A DNA stretch of 64,000 bases, taken from positions 64,001 through 128,000 of the forward strand of contig JANQNK010000020.1 in assembly GCA_028279595.1 (NCBI GenBank), in the 5' to 3' direction. Under the pieces are notes generated by a model. That model searched no databases and was not told where the DNA came from. It saw nothing but the letters and a program-made list of their open reading frames with translations. The stretch is from Thermoplasmatota archaeon (GTDB lineage Archaea; Thermoplasmatota; JAKEGO01). Every line of letters begins with the position of its first letter. Position 1 is the stretch's first letter. The translations under genes and the position numbers were made by a program. Shown in pieces: positions 28,980 to 38,499 of this stretch.

Positions 28980-31900
28980 TCAATACTCGCTCCATTCCTT
29001 GACTGGCAGTTCATCGAAATCATGCACTTGAAGCGCCTCGATCAACCTCTCGGTCAACCTGAGGTTCGTGAACAGGGGTACCTCGTTGTCGATGGCAGCC
29101 CTGCGGATCAGGTAATCGTTGGAGAGCTCCTCCTCCTCGTTGTTCTTCGGTATGTTGATGACCATGCCGATCTTGCCGTTGCTGATGTGTTCTATGCTGT
29201 TCGGCTTGCCGCCGTCCAGGGGCCATCTCAGCGTTTCGGTGTCGAACCCGTTCCTCCTCATGAAACGGGCTGTGCCGGACGTGGCATAGAACCGATACCC
29301 CATCTCCTTCATCTTCGTCAGTGCTGGTAGGAACGCCCTCTTGGTCTCTATCGGTCCAGTGGATATCAGCACGGTCTTTCCGTTCATCTTCAGCCCGACG
29401 GAGCGTAGCGCTGACAGCAGGGCTTCCTCCATGTCGTGCCCGAAGCAGGCTACCTCTCCCGTGGATGCCATGGCCACACCCATGGTCGGGTCCGCCCCCT
29501 TCAGTCTGGAGAAGGAGAACTGTGCAGCCTTGACACCGACCAGGTCGAGGTCCAATGCCGACCCTTCCACCCTGCTCACGGGCTCTCCGAGGATCGCCTT
29601 CGTGGCAATGTCTATGAAGTTTTTCCTCAGCACCTTCGAGGCGAACGGGAAGGTCCTCGACGCCCTGAGGTTGCACTCGATCACCTTCAGCCTGTTCTCC
29701 TGAGCGATGAACTGGATGTTGAACGGTCCTGTGATGTCGAGGGCCGATACGATCTTTCTGGCGGACTGTTTGATCCTTCGGGTCGTCTCGACGTAGAGCC
29801 TCTGTGGCGGGATAACGACCGTAGCGTCACCGGAATGGACACCGGCGTTCTCTACGTGCTCACCTATCGCGTAGAGGAGGATCTCGCCGTTGGAGGCCAC
29901 CCCGTCGAACTCGACCTCCTTGGCGTTCTCGATGAACTTGGAGACGACGACCGGCGTCTCCGGGTTGACATCCGTCGCCCTGGTGAGGTATGCATCGAGG
30001 CTCTCTCTGTCCCAAACCACCGCCATGGCTGCGCCCGAGAGGACGTAGGACGGTCTTATCATGACGGGGAATCCGACCCTGTCAGCGAACACCGCCGCCT
30101 CCCGGATACTGCTCGCCTCGGTCCACTGAGGCTGGTCGATCTCGAGTCTGTCCAGGAGCGACGAGAACTTGTTCCTGTCCTCGGCCCTGTCTATGTCCAC
30201 CGGCGACGTCCCCAGTATCCTGACTCCCTTCTTGTGGAGCATCGGAGCCAGCGTGTTCGGCTCCTGCCCGCCCATAGATACGATGACACCCTCGGGGAGC
30301 TCGAACTCGTAGATGTCCAGAACCCTCTCGAGGGACAGCTCCTCGAAGTAGAGCCTGTCGCAGATGTCGTAGTCGGTGGAGACCGTCTCCGGATTGCAGT
30401 TGACCATTATCGTGAGATAACCGCAGGCCCTGGCGGTCCTAACGGCGTTCACGCAGCACCAGTCGAACTCCACGCTGGAGCCGATGCGATAGGATCCGCC
30501 CCCGAGCACCATCGCCGCACCCGCCCGCGGCTCAACGTCGTGGTCGGTGCCGGAATATGTCATGTAGAGGTAGTTCGTGGTCGCCGGGTATTCCGCGGCC
30601 AGGGTGTCGATCTGCTTGATGACGGGAAGTATCCCGTACTTCTTCCGCAGCGACCTGACCTTCGCCTGCGTCGAGCCTGTGGCCAGCGCTATCTGGAGGT
30701 CGCTGAAGCCGAGCCTCTTCGCCCGTTTCAGGACGTCAGGCCACGGAGTGCCCTTCTTCCGGCCTGTCAGCTCCTTCCTCATGGCGCCGATGGCAGCGAT
30801 CCGGTGGAGGAACCATCGGTCGATGTACGTCCTGTCATGGACCTCGTCGATGGTCAGACCGTCGGACAACGCCTCGGCCACTGCGAACACCCTCCTCTCC
30901 GTCGGGCTCGCCAGTTCCGCATCGAGGTCCTCGAACTCGAACCTGTTGAGGACCAGCCCGTTCATTCCTGTCCCGATCATCCTCAGGGCCTTCTGGAGGG
31001 CCTCCTCGAAGGTCCTGCCGATGGCCATGACCTCTCCGACGCTCTTCATCTGGGATCCGATGCAGGTATCCACCCACCTGAATCGTTCGAGGTCCCATCG
31101 CGGGACCTTGACGACGACGTAATCGAGGGCCGGCTCGAAGAAGGCGACGGTGGAACCGGTCACAGTGTTGGGTATGGATGCCAATGACGCCCCGACCGCC
31201 AGGTGGGCGGCGACTGCGGCGAGAGGATAGCCTGTGGCCTTGCTTGCGAGCGCGGATGAACGTGAAAGACGGGCGTTGACCTCTATGACGCGGTAGTCGT
31301 TGCTGAACGGATCCAGCCCGTACTGGATGTTGCACTCTCCGACGATGCCTAGGTGCCTCACCGTCCTGATGGCGACCTCCCTGAGCATGTGGTACTCATC
31401 GTTCGTCAGCGTCTGGCTCGGCGCCACGACGATGCTCTCTCCGGTGTGAATACCCATGGGATCGAGGTTCTCCATGTTGCAGACGGTGATGCAGTTGTCA
31501 TAGGAGTCCCGTACGACCTCGTACTCGACCTCCTTCCATCCTTCGAGGAATTCCTCTACAAGGACCTGGGGGGCCGTGGCCAGCGCAGCCTTCGCTATCG
31601 AGTTGAGCTCCCGTGCGTTCCTGGCAACCCCGCTCCCCATCCCTCCGAGGGCGTAGGCGGAACGGACCATGACCGGGAAACCGATCCTCTCGGCGGCTGC
31701 CGAAGCCTGCTTGACCGTTGTACAGGCCTTCGACCTCGCTGTCTTGACGTCGATCTCGTCAAGGCGCTTGACGAACCGTTCCCTGTCCTCCGTGTCCTTG
31801 ATGGATTCGATCGGAGTTCCCAGGACCTCGACCTTGAAGCGCTTGAGGACCCCGGAGTCGTTCAGCTCCACACCGACGTTCAGACCGGTCTGGCCTCCGA

Positions 31901-32159
31901 ATCCTAGCAGGATGCCGTCGGGGCGTTCACGCTCGATCACCCTTGCGACGGTATCGTGGTCGACCGGCAGCAGGTACAACCTGTCCGCCATCCCCTCCGA
32001 CGTCTGGATCGTTGCGATGTTCGGGTTGACAAGGACCGTCTCTATCCCTTCCTCGCGCATCGCCTTGAGAGCCTGGGAGCCGGAATAGTCGAACTCCCCT
32101 GCCTGTCCTATCCTGAGGCCGCCGCTGCCGAGGACCAGTACCTTCTTGGGCCTAGCCAT
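28980..32159 (-). CDS. carB: Carbamoyl-phosphate synthase large subunit
   Basis: IGQAGEFDYSG, IEVNARLSRSSALASKATGYPLA, NCNPETVSTDYD, C-terminal MGS domain. Confidence 0.98.
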   Translation of the reverse strand: MARPKKVLVLGSGGLRIGQAGEFDYSGSQALKAMREEGIETVLVNPNIATIQTSEGMADRLYLLPVDHDTVARVIERERPDGILLGFGGQTGLNVGVELNDSGVLKRFKVEVLGTPIESIKDTEDRERFVKRLDEIDVKTARSKACTTVKQASAAAERIGFPVMVRSAYALGGMGSGVARNARELNSIAKAALATAPQVLVEEFLEGWKEVEYEVVRDSYDNCITVCNMENLDPMGIHTGESIVVAPSQTLTNDEYHMLREVAIRTVRHLGIVGECNIQYGLDPFSNDYRVIEVNARLSRSSALASKATGYPLAAVAAHLAVGASLASIPNTVTGSTVAFFEPALDYVVVKVPRWDLERFRWVDTCIGSQMKSVGEVMAIGRTFEEALQKALRMIGTGMNGLVLNRFEFEDLDAELASPTERRVFAVAEALSDGLTIDEVHDRTYIDRWFLHRIAAIGAMRKELTGRKKGTPWPDVLKRAKRLGFSDLQIALATGSTQAKVRSLRKKYGILPVIKQIDTLAAEYPATTNYLYMTYSGTDHDVEPRAGAAMVLGGGSYRIGSSVEFDWCCVNAVRTARACGYLTIMVNCNPETVSTDYDICDRLYFEELSLERVLDIYEFELPEGVIVSMGGQEPNTLAPMLHKKGVRILGTSPVDIDRAEDRNKFSSLLDRLEIDQPQWTEASSIREAAVFADRVGFPVMIRPSYVLSGAAMAVVWDRESLDAYLTRATDVNPETPVVVSKFIENAKEVEFDGVASNGEILLYAIGEHVENAGVHSGDATVVIPPQRLYVETTRRIKQSARKIVSALDITGPFNIQFIAQENRLKVIECNLRASRTFPFASKVLRKNFIDIATKAILGEPVSRVEGSALDLDLVGVKAAQFSFSRLKGADPTMGVAMASTGEVACFGHDMEEALLSALRSVGLKMNGKTVLISTGPIETKRAFLPALTKMKEMGYRFYATSGTARFMRRNGFDTETLRWPLDGGKPNSIEHISNGKIGMVINIPKNNEEEELSNDYLIRRAAIDNEVPLFTNLRLTERLIEALQVHDFDELPVKEWSEY

Positions 32160-33246
32160 CCCGCACCACCTCCAGGAAGCTGTCGAAGAATCCGCTGGAA
32201 TCCGTCGGGCCCGGTCGGGCCTCGGGATGGAACTGGACCGACGAGAACGGCTTGGTCCTGTGCCTTATCCCCTCTACCGAACCGTCGTTGAGGTTCCTGT
32301 ACCAGACCTGCCAACCTCGAGGTAGGTCCTTGTGTACCGCAAAACCGTGATTCTGGCTTGTGATGACGTATGAATCGGTCCCGATCAGATGGCAGGGCTG
32401 GTTCTGCGACCTGTGTCCGAACGGCAGTTTGTAGGTCCTCCCCCCGGCGGCGAGTGCCATGATCTGCGTCCCGAGGCAGATACCGGACACAGGTACGGTG
32501 TCCTTCCGCTTCATGACCTTTCGCAGTTCGTCTATCGTGGGGTCGCACTTGGTCGGGTCCCCAGGCCCGTTGGAGACCATGAACCCGTCCGCGTCCATCT
32601 CGCTGAACGGATGCTCGCAGGGAACGGTCGTGACCTTGCACCCCCGCTCCAGCAGTGCGGTCAGGATGCTCCTCTTGGATCCGCAGTCCACGAGGATGAT
32701 ATGTGGTCCTGTTCCCTTGTGGACCTTGACCTCCTTCGAGGTGACCTCGCCGACGAGGTGTGTCGAGTTGGGATCGATGACGTCCCGGGCATGGGACCTC
32801 CCAGCCGACTTGCCCATGACGATCCTCCCGAGCATCGTCCCCTCGCTCCTGAGGCGCATGGTCAGCGCTCTGGTGTCGACACCGGTCAAACCGACGACAT
32901 CCTCGTCCGCTAGCCAGTTTCCGAGGCTCGACGCCGCCTCCCAGTGGTCGGTCGCGGCTATATAGTCCGAAACGATGAGTCCCCTGACGTGGATGTCATC
33001 GGATTCGAAACGCTCCTTCGCATCGGTGAACGATGGAACCCCGTAATTCCCGATCAGCGGGTAGGTCAGGGTCAGGATCTCTCCCCTGTATGACGGGTCC
33101 GTCAGGGTCTCGGGGTAGCCCACCATTCCTGTGTTGAAGACGACCTCTCCATCGGAAGTCCCGGGTGCGCCGAAGACGGAACCCTCAAAAACCGTCCCAT
33201 CCTCCAGGACCAGGTGTCCCGCCATGCTTCCACCCTTAGCAGTCAT
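32152..33246 (-). CDS. carA: Carbamoyl-phosphate synthase small subunit
   Basis: GEVVFNTG, LTDPSY, SNGPGDP, GICLG, SQNHGF, VQFHPE. Confidence 0.97.
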   Translation of the reverse strand: MTAKGGSMAGHLVLEDGTVFEGSVFGAPGTSDGEVVFNTGMVGYPETLTDPSYRGEILTLTYPLIGNYGVPSFTDAKERFESDDIHVRGLIVSDYIAATDHWEAASSLGNWLADEDVVGLTGVDTRALTMRLRSEGTMLGRIVMGKSAGRSHARDVIDPNSTHLVGEVTSKEVKVHKGTGPHIILVDCGSKRSILTALLERGCKVTTVPCEHPFSEMDADGFMVSNGPGDPTKCDPTIDELRKVMKRKDTVPVSGICLGTQIMALAAGGRTYKLPFGHRSQNQPCHLIGTDSYVITSQNHGFAVHKDLPRGWQVWYRNLNDGSVEGIRHRTKPFSSVQFHPEARPGPTDSSGFFDSFLEVVRDG

Positions 33247-33362
33247 GGCTGGAAACCTCCATTTTCGAGCATTAGAGCGTGGGCTAGCCTAGTAAACCGA
33301 TAGAGAACATATGGACAGCAGACCCCGCCGGCAGCGTGCTGACGTTCCACCTGCTGTACCAT
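33243..33362 (-). CDS. Putative 39-aa upstream ORF/leader peptide of carA
   Basis: MVQQVERQHAAGGVCCPYVLYRFTRLAHALMLENGGFQP*; ATG about 27 nt downstream of TTATAT; its stop overlaps the carA ATG (ATGA). Confidence 0.35.
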   Translation of the reverse strand: MVQQVERQHAAGGVCCPYVLYRFTRLAHALMLENGGFQP

Positions 33363-33387
33363 CTAGGCCTCAGGATAGCGTTTGTGG

Positions 33388-33402
33388 GATATAATCCTTT
33401 AG
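33388..33402 (-). promoter_or_regulatory. BRE/TATA-like promoter upstream of carAB
   Basis: Minus strand CTAAAGGATTATATC. Confidence 0.5.
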
Positions 33403-33548
33403 CGGAAATGGAGGTCACCTGAGAATGGGGAATTACCCGGATCCGTCCGGTCCCAACGAATCCTTCATTCGCTTCTACGCGGATCGAATCCGTTTGGCCC
33501 GGACGTTATTCTGTGAGAATATCGAGGTCTTAAGCCTCCAGTCGGGAT

Positions 33549-33570
33549 CCTTCCCGCCCGCCCATTGTCA
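33549..33570. repeat. 22-nt intergenic repeat, copy 1
   Basis: CCTTCCCGCCCGCCCATTGTCA, identical to 48885-48906. Confidence 0.8.
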
Positions 33571-33580
33571 CCAGTATCGG

Positions 33581-34192
33581 TTACCCCGTTTTGTCCGAGG
33601 GGACCGACATCACGCAGGCGGTCAGGACCGCGACGACCCCCCTGGTGAGCTGCGTCTCATCGAGAACCTTGAGTGGTGGAACGTGAACGAATCCGATCAG
33701 GGCTTTTCTATCCCCCAATCGGTCGAAGTGGAGAGAGCGGTAGAGGAGCATATTGCAGAGGTAGCCCCCTGCATCGTCCGACGTTGAAACAGGTAGCCCT
33801 GCGTCGGTAAGGAATCGTTCTATCGCCTTGACAGGGAATGTCGATGGCAGATGTTCGGGAGCATCCTCGATGATGCTCTTCCCCTTGATCTGCTCCCCCT
33901 TGTTGTCTGGGATCCTGAAATCGAGGATGTTCTTCCCTTGCGTCTCTATCTTGAGCCCCTCGGCCTTCTCGTGAAGACCCAGATGGACGACGATGTCATA
34001 TTTCGTCTCCCTCAGAAGGTCGTCGAGGACGTCGGGAGCGCTCGTGTCAACGGGCAGGACAACCCTGTCCAGGAGTATCTCCTGCGGCAGGCTGTCCAGT
34101 TCGAAGAGGTCGAAGGAGTTGACGACAACCTCCGTTGGATTGACCTCGTTGTCACCGAAGGGTTCGAACCCCGTAAGAAGTATCTGTATCAC
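33581..34192 (-). CDS. pcp: Pyroglutamyl-peptidase I (C15)
   Basis: GTG start overlapping the HAD stop; ILLTGFEPFG...NPT, DFRIPDNKG, S.DAGGYLCN, GFVHVP. Confidence 0.95.
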   Translation of the reverse strand: MIQILLTGFEPFGDNEVNPTEVVVNSFDLFELDSLPQEILLDRVVLPVDTSAPDVLDDLLRETKYDIVVHLGLHEKAEGLKIETQGKNILDFRIPDNKGEQIKGKSIIEDAPEHLPSTFPVKAIERFLTDAGLPVSTSDDAGGYLCNMLLYRSLHFDRLGDRKALIGFVHVPPLKVLDETQLTRGVVAVLTACVMSVPSDKTG

Positions 34193-34932
34193 TTCTTCCA
34201 CCCTGCTCTCTCGACGAAGATGTCGGAAAGTTCGCGCCAGTCCTTGAACACCACGGCGGGGATGACCTGCTTCTCCTCGTCCTCCTCGCCCCAGGGCATC
34301 GCCGTGAATCGCCACTTCCGTCTGAGCCAGGCGGCCCTCATACCGACGGCCATGGAGCCCTTGATGTCGTAGTTGTAGTGGTCGCCGATGTGCATGACAC
34401 GCTCGGGATGGTCCCTCAGCTCGAGCTTGTCGAGGGCGGCCTCGAAGACAGCCGGCGCGGGTTTCAGTTCTCCCGATTTCTCGCACTCCTCGATGGACAC
34501 CCAGGGATAGTCCAGGAATCCCATGTACTCCAACTTCTTCATTGGCGGGTAGTCCGTGATTATTGCGATCTTGATGTCGTTCTTGACACAGAGCTTGACG
34601 AAGTCATGCGTTCCCTTGTAGGGCTTGACGGTCTTGAAATCCTGGTTCCATCCGTTGTACAGGACCTTGTCGATCTTGGCATAGGCCTTATCCGGGGTGA
34701 GGCCGGCGAGCTCTCCGACGATCTCCGCCTGCCGCTGTCTGAAGTGCTCCTGCTTGCCCTCCTTCCGGATGATCTGCCTCGCCTTCGTGAGGTGCATGAG
34801 GAACCTGACGTACCTGCCCCATCTGTGCAGACGAGGGATCATCATCCTCGGATAATTATAGAGATTCGCGTCCACGTCGAAGGTTATGGCCTCGAGATCG
34901 GACCATTCGGCCTTGTCAGGGTCGTCAGCCAT
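34189..34932 (-). CDS. HAD-superfamily hydrolase
   Basis: FDVD, KP.P, HIGD...DIKG...VGM. Confidence 0.88.
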   Translation of the reverse strand: MADDPDKAEWSDLEAITFDVDANLYNYPRMMIPRLHRWGRYVRFLMHLTKARQIIRKEGKQEHFRQRQAEIVGELAGLTPDKAYAKIDKVLYNGWNQDFKTVKPYKGTHDFVKLCVKNDIKIAIITDYPPMKKLEYMGFLDYPWVSIEECEKSGELKPAPAVFEAALDKLELRDHPERVMHIGDHYNYDIKGSMAVGMRAAWLRRKWRFTAMPWGEEDEEKQVIPAVVFKDWRELSDIFVERAGWKK

Positions 34933-34974
34933 GCTGTCACCTTTAACCTCGCTCCCTGCGATATTGACAATCTA

Positions 34975-36090
34975 CTAGTTAAGCAATATGCCCCAGGAGT
35001 ACTCCGTGTTCCCGGTCCACTCGGACCCGTCCTCCCGATGGACGTTCCCCTCGGCATCTGTGTACTCGATCTCGATTATCTCGGACGGGAACTCGTTGTA
35101 GAAGAACTTGTTCTTCCAGATCTTCCACCGATGGAACGCGTAGGTCGTCTTTCCGAGGGCCCTGACGCGGGCCTTCAACCTCTCCTTTCCCAGCTCTCCT
35201 GTGATCTCGTACTCCGGCAGTCCGGTCCCCTCCCGGATGACCTTGTACTTGACATGCTTGAACCTCTTCGTCTCCTGGCCCTTCGGTGTGTAATTGAAGT
35301 TCTTGTTCATGTACCGGAACCTGTTGTCGTACTTTGGCTTGCAGTCAGCGCTCCTCCTGAAAGCGTAACGTCCGAAGAAGGACGTGAAGTAGGTCAGGTA
35401 CGATCCGTCGTCCTTGTGGAACACTCCCCATAGCCACGGGAACGCCGGCGAGTTCAGGGTGATGTGCTGCATGTATAGGCTCCCGTCGACCCGTCGAGTG
35501 TTGCCATCGGTCGTCAGCTCCCCGCTGGCACCGACGTTGTAGATCTTGTGGGCATCGAAACCCATCCTCTTCGTGAGCATCGTCTTCTTGTAGCCGATGG
35601 GTGGGGGCATCTCGGCCAGCTTATCGATCTTGAACTCGAACCTCTTCGGATCGCGGGAGAACTTGAGCTCGAAGGAGTCCCTGTCGATGGTGTTGGTGAC
35701 GTCGTCCGACCTAATCTCGAAACCGCCGTCGAACATCCGGTTCTGGAACCTGGACACCGCCGGCTCCTCCTCCGTGAACTCCTTCCCGTCCCAGTACCAC
35801 CAGGTCGACATCCCGTTGTACGAGAACTCCTTCTCCGTCCCCTTGATGTCACCGGGCGGCCGCCAGTCGACCCCGTTCACCTTTATGTTCCCGTATGATT
35901 TGGTCGTCCAGAAGGCCACGATCTGCTTCCTGACCCCGTCCTCCTTGAAGAAGAACATGTACCACCACCAGATGAAGTTCCCCTTGCCCTTGAAGAACCT
36001 GACAGGAGGGAAATCCTCGGCGTACTTCAGCTGCTCTGGGTTGTCCCACTTGTCTATCGGTGTGAAGATGTGCTTCTCCATGTCGATCAC
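34975..36090 (-). CDS. Hypothetical aromatic-rich beta protein (possibly lipocalin/tocopherol-cyclase-like fold)
   Basis: Long ORF with host-like codon use in an operon; WWWY and PWLWG motifs; fold is a guess. Confidence 0.6.
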   Translation of the reverse strand: MIDMEKHIFTPIDKWDNPEQLKYAEDFPPVRFFKGKGNFIWWWYMFFFKEDGVRKQIVAFWTTKSYGNIKVNGVDWRPPGDIKGTEKEFSYNGMSTWWYWDGKEFTEEEPAVSRFQNRMFDGGFEIRSDDVTNTIDRDSFELKFSRDPKRFEFKIDKLAEMPPPIGYKKTMLTKRMGFDAHKIYNVGASGELTTDGNTRRVDGSLYMQHITLNSPAFPWLWGVFHKDDGSYLTYFTSFFGRYAFRRSADCKPKYDNRFRYMNKNFNYTPKGQETKRFKHVKYKVIREGTGLPEYEITGELGKERLKARVRALGKTTYAFHRWKIWKNKFFYNEFPSEIIEIEYTDAEGNVHREDGSEWTGNTEYSWGILLN

Positions 36091-36093
36091 GTT

Positions 36094-37044
36094 TCACTCT
36101 TGGGGTGGTATCAGGCCCGAGAACCTGACGATCTCCAGGCCTTCCTTCTCGAGCTCTCCGTACATGAGGTTCATGCCGATGGAATCCGACGGCATGTGGC
36201 CGGCCACGACCACGTTGATGTGGTGCTTCTTCGCCAGCTCGATGTGGTCCTCCTTGATGTGCATGCAGACCACGGTCCCGACGCCAGCGGTCTCGAAGGC
36301 CTCGTACAGCGTCTTGGCTCCGCCCGTCCCGCCGGCCATCTTGACGCAGACCTTGCCGGCCCTGTTGCCCGGAGACCCGACGATCACCCTCGGACCGTTC
36401 TTCAGAACGGTGCCGATCCTGTACTCTGGTATCTCCTTGAGCGTCGCAAGAACGTCAGAGAGCTGTCTCGGTTCGGCCTCGTCCATCGTTGTCTGGACGA
36501 AGTCCTGGACCATGATGTCGGACGGACTGTGTGTGCACATGAACGGGACCCCCAGCAATCTTGCTGAATCCACGGACTGGTTGTGGTTAGCGGGCATGAC
36601 GGCCCTCATGACCTCAGCGATCCGAGGCTCCATCAGCTGTTCCGCGACGTTTATCGGGATCCCCCAGTCATGGTAGAAATCCTTCTGGACGTGCATCACG
36701 TTCGGAAGCCCGGGCATGCCGATGCCTCGGGGATGGTGACCGACGACGAGGTCTATCTGCTCCCCCTTCTCGCGAAGCCTGTCGGCGACCAGTATCTCGG
36801 CAGAGTCGATGTTGATGCCCATCATCAGCCTGCCGACCTCGGCGTCCTCCGGATTGTTGAGTATCCTCGAGTCGTCGTAGGGGTTCCAGAGACGCTCCTC
36901 GTCGAACTCCCACTTCGTCTCGTCGGTCAACTTCTCGTGCTCCTTCCTGACCTCCTCGAGTAGCTTCGCAACTCCGTCCTTCCCGCGGGGGTCCTTCTCG
37001 ATCCCCCGTTCGATGACGTACCTGAACAGTTCGCTGACCTTCAT
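36094..37044 (-). CDS. NIF3 (NGG1p interacting factor 3)-like metal-binding protein
   Basis: NPYDDSRIL, GHHP.G, HSPSD, M.GGT, CMH, AGHMPSDSIGMN. Confidence 0.85.
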   Translation of the reverse strand: MKVSELFRYVIERGIEKDPRGKDGVAKLLEEVRKEHEKLTDETKWEFDEERLWNPYDDSRILNNPEDAEVGRLMMGINIDSAEILVADRLREKGEQIDLVVGHHPRGIGMPGLPNVMHVQKDFYHDWGIPINVAEQLMEPRIAEVMRAVMPANHNQSVDSARLLGVPFMCTHSPSDIMVQDFVQTTMDEAEPRQLSDVLATLKEIPEYRIGTVLKNGPRVIVGSPGNRAGKVCVKMAGGTGGAKTLYEAFETAGVGTVVCMHIKEDHIELAKKHHINVVVAGHMPSDSIGMNLMYGELEKEGLEIVRFSGLIPPQE

Positions 37045-37185
37045 GGAAATGCCTCCGCTTGGAGGGTCTAGGAGAAAGTTGCTAAAGAAGATTTCTCCAA
37101 GCACTGATCTTCCGCTTATATCGGGAAAGACCCCTATGTTACGAACGAATTCTTACCTTTAGGCCGAGTGCGGAAAGACGCACTC

Positions 37186-37240
37186 ATGTCAAAACACCGC
37201 ACCAATGTGTATTAAAGATGTAAAAACACCGCACTAATCT
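37186..37240 (+). repeat. Tandem 23-nt direct repeat (period 32), probably regulatory
   Basis: ATGTCAAAACACCGCACCAATGT / ATGTAAAAACACCGCACTAATCT, each followed by a TTAAA element. Confidence 0.75.
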
Positions 37241-37288
37241 TGACTTAAACCACGGGCGTGTAGATGTAATTGGAAGGAGGGAAAAAAG

Positions 37289-37390
37289 ATGGTGAAGAAC
37301 ACGAAATTCCGCGCGCTCCGGTGGGAAGTCGGCAGGACCGCCCGCTACGTCCTCGAGGGCGGCAGGCTCGTACCAGTCGTCGAGTTCTGA
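37289..37390 (+). CDS. Putative 33-aa small protein
   Basis: GGAGG RBS before the ATG; MVKNTKFRALRWEVGRTARYVLEGGRLVPVVEF*; host-like C/G-ending codons. Confidence 0.6.
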   Translation: MVKNTKFRALRWEVGRTARYVLEGGRLVPVVEF

Positions 37391-37497
37391 TCGGGATCGG
37401 ATCAAAGCCCCTTGCATGGGACCGCAAAGGGGAATGGACATCCATGATGTCCGTCGGGAACCCCTTCGGGACCCTACTTTTTGATTATTACCCGGGA

Positions 37498-38451
37498 TCA
37501 ACCCTCGATCTCCACGTTCTTGAGCTCGAAAAGGCCGTCGACCGACAGATATCTCTCACCGGTGTCGTAGAAGAGGCAGACTATCGTCTTACCGTGGAAC
37601 TCCTCCCTTTCAGCAAGCTGACCAGCCACCCATGCAGCGGCACCCGAGGTCGGCCCGACGAGTATCCCCTCGGTCAAAGCTATCCTGCGGACCATCTCGT
37701 ATGCCACGGAGTCCTCGACGTGCATCAGTTCGTCCATGTTGTGCTCGGACCGTTTGAAGTTCTTCGTGACGAACCCGGGCCCGATACCGATGATCCTGTG
37801 GACGCCCTGTTCACCGCCTGAATAGACCGGACTGGATGCCGGTTCGAAGGCAACAACCTTCACGGACGGGTCCATTCCCTTGATGTATCGCGATATCCCG
37901 TCGAATGAACCGGAGGTACCAAGGCCGAGCACGACCGCTCCGAGGTCCCTCCCGGTCTGCTCCCAGATCTCCGGACCGGTGGTGGCCTCGTGTGCTCCGC
38001 CGTTGTCCGGATTGCCGTGCTGGTTCGTGAAGAACGACGTGTCAGGATTCGCGTCGCAGTACGCTATAGCCCTTTTCCGGGCCCCTTTCGTGTGCTCCTC
38101 GCCCGGGGTCAGGACGATCGTCGCACCATAGGCGCTGAGTATCTGCTGCCTCTCTACCGAGCAGAGCTCGCTCATGTATACTCGGACATTGAACCCCATG
38201 ACAGCTCCGAGACTGGCTATCGCTATCGCAGTATTGCCGGAGCTGGCCTCGACGACCTCGGTATCGTGACCGATCTCGCCCCTTTCGACCGCTTTCCGGA
38301 TCATGTTCAACACCGGCCGGTCCTTTATCGACATCGGGTTGTTCAATTCGAGTTTCGCCAGTATTCTCGCCTTTGATTCAGGGTATAGTCTGCTCAGTTC
38401 GAGCATCGGTGTTCGGCCTATCAGTTCCGTCACGTCCTTGGCAACGAACAT
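37498..38451 (-). CDS. cysK: Cysteine synthase family PLP enzyme
   Basis: LIGRTP, KLE..NP.SIKDR, EASSGNT, GLGTSG, GPTSGA, DTGERYLS. Confidence 0.9.
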   Translation of the reverse strand: MFVAKDVTELIGRTPMLELSRLYPESKARILAKLELNNPMSIKDRPVLNMIRKAVERGEIGHDTEVVEASSGNTAIAIASLGAVMGFNVRVYMSELCSVERQQILSAYGATIVLTPGEEHTKGARKRAIAYCDANPDTSFFTNQHGNPDNGGAHEATTGPEIWEQTGRDLGAVVLGLGTSGSFDGISRYIKGMDPSVKVVAFEPASSPVYSGGEQGVHRIIGIGPGFVTKNFKRSEHNMDELMHVEDSVAYEMVRRIALTEGILVGPTSGAAAWVAGQLAEREEFHGKTIVCLFYDTGERYLSVDGLFELKNVEIEG

Positions 38452-38499
38452 GGGTGTCCCTCGCCTTCGGATAGGCCTGCGAGGTTCAAAAAGCCTCCC

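Noticed and set aside
29436-31187. Long antisense or alternative-frame ORFs (583 aa here; also 43554-44786, 7275-8405, 61390-62487)
   Set aside because: These are shadows of well-supported genes caused by high third-position GC; they have no recognisable motifs.
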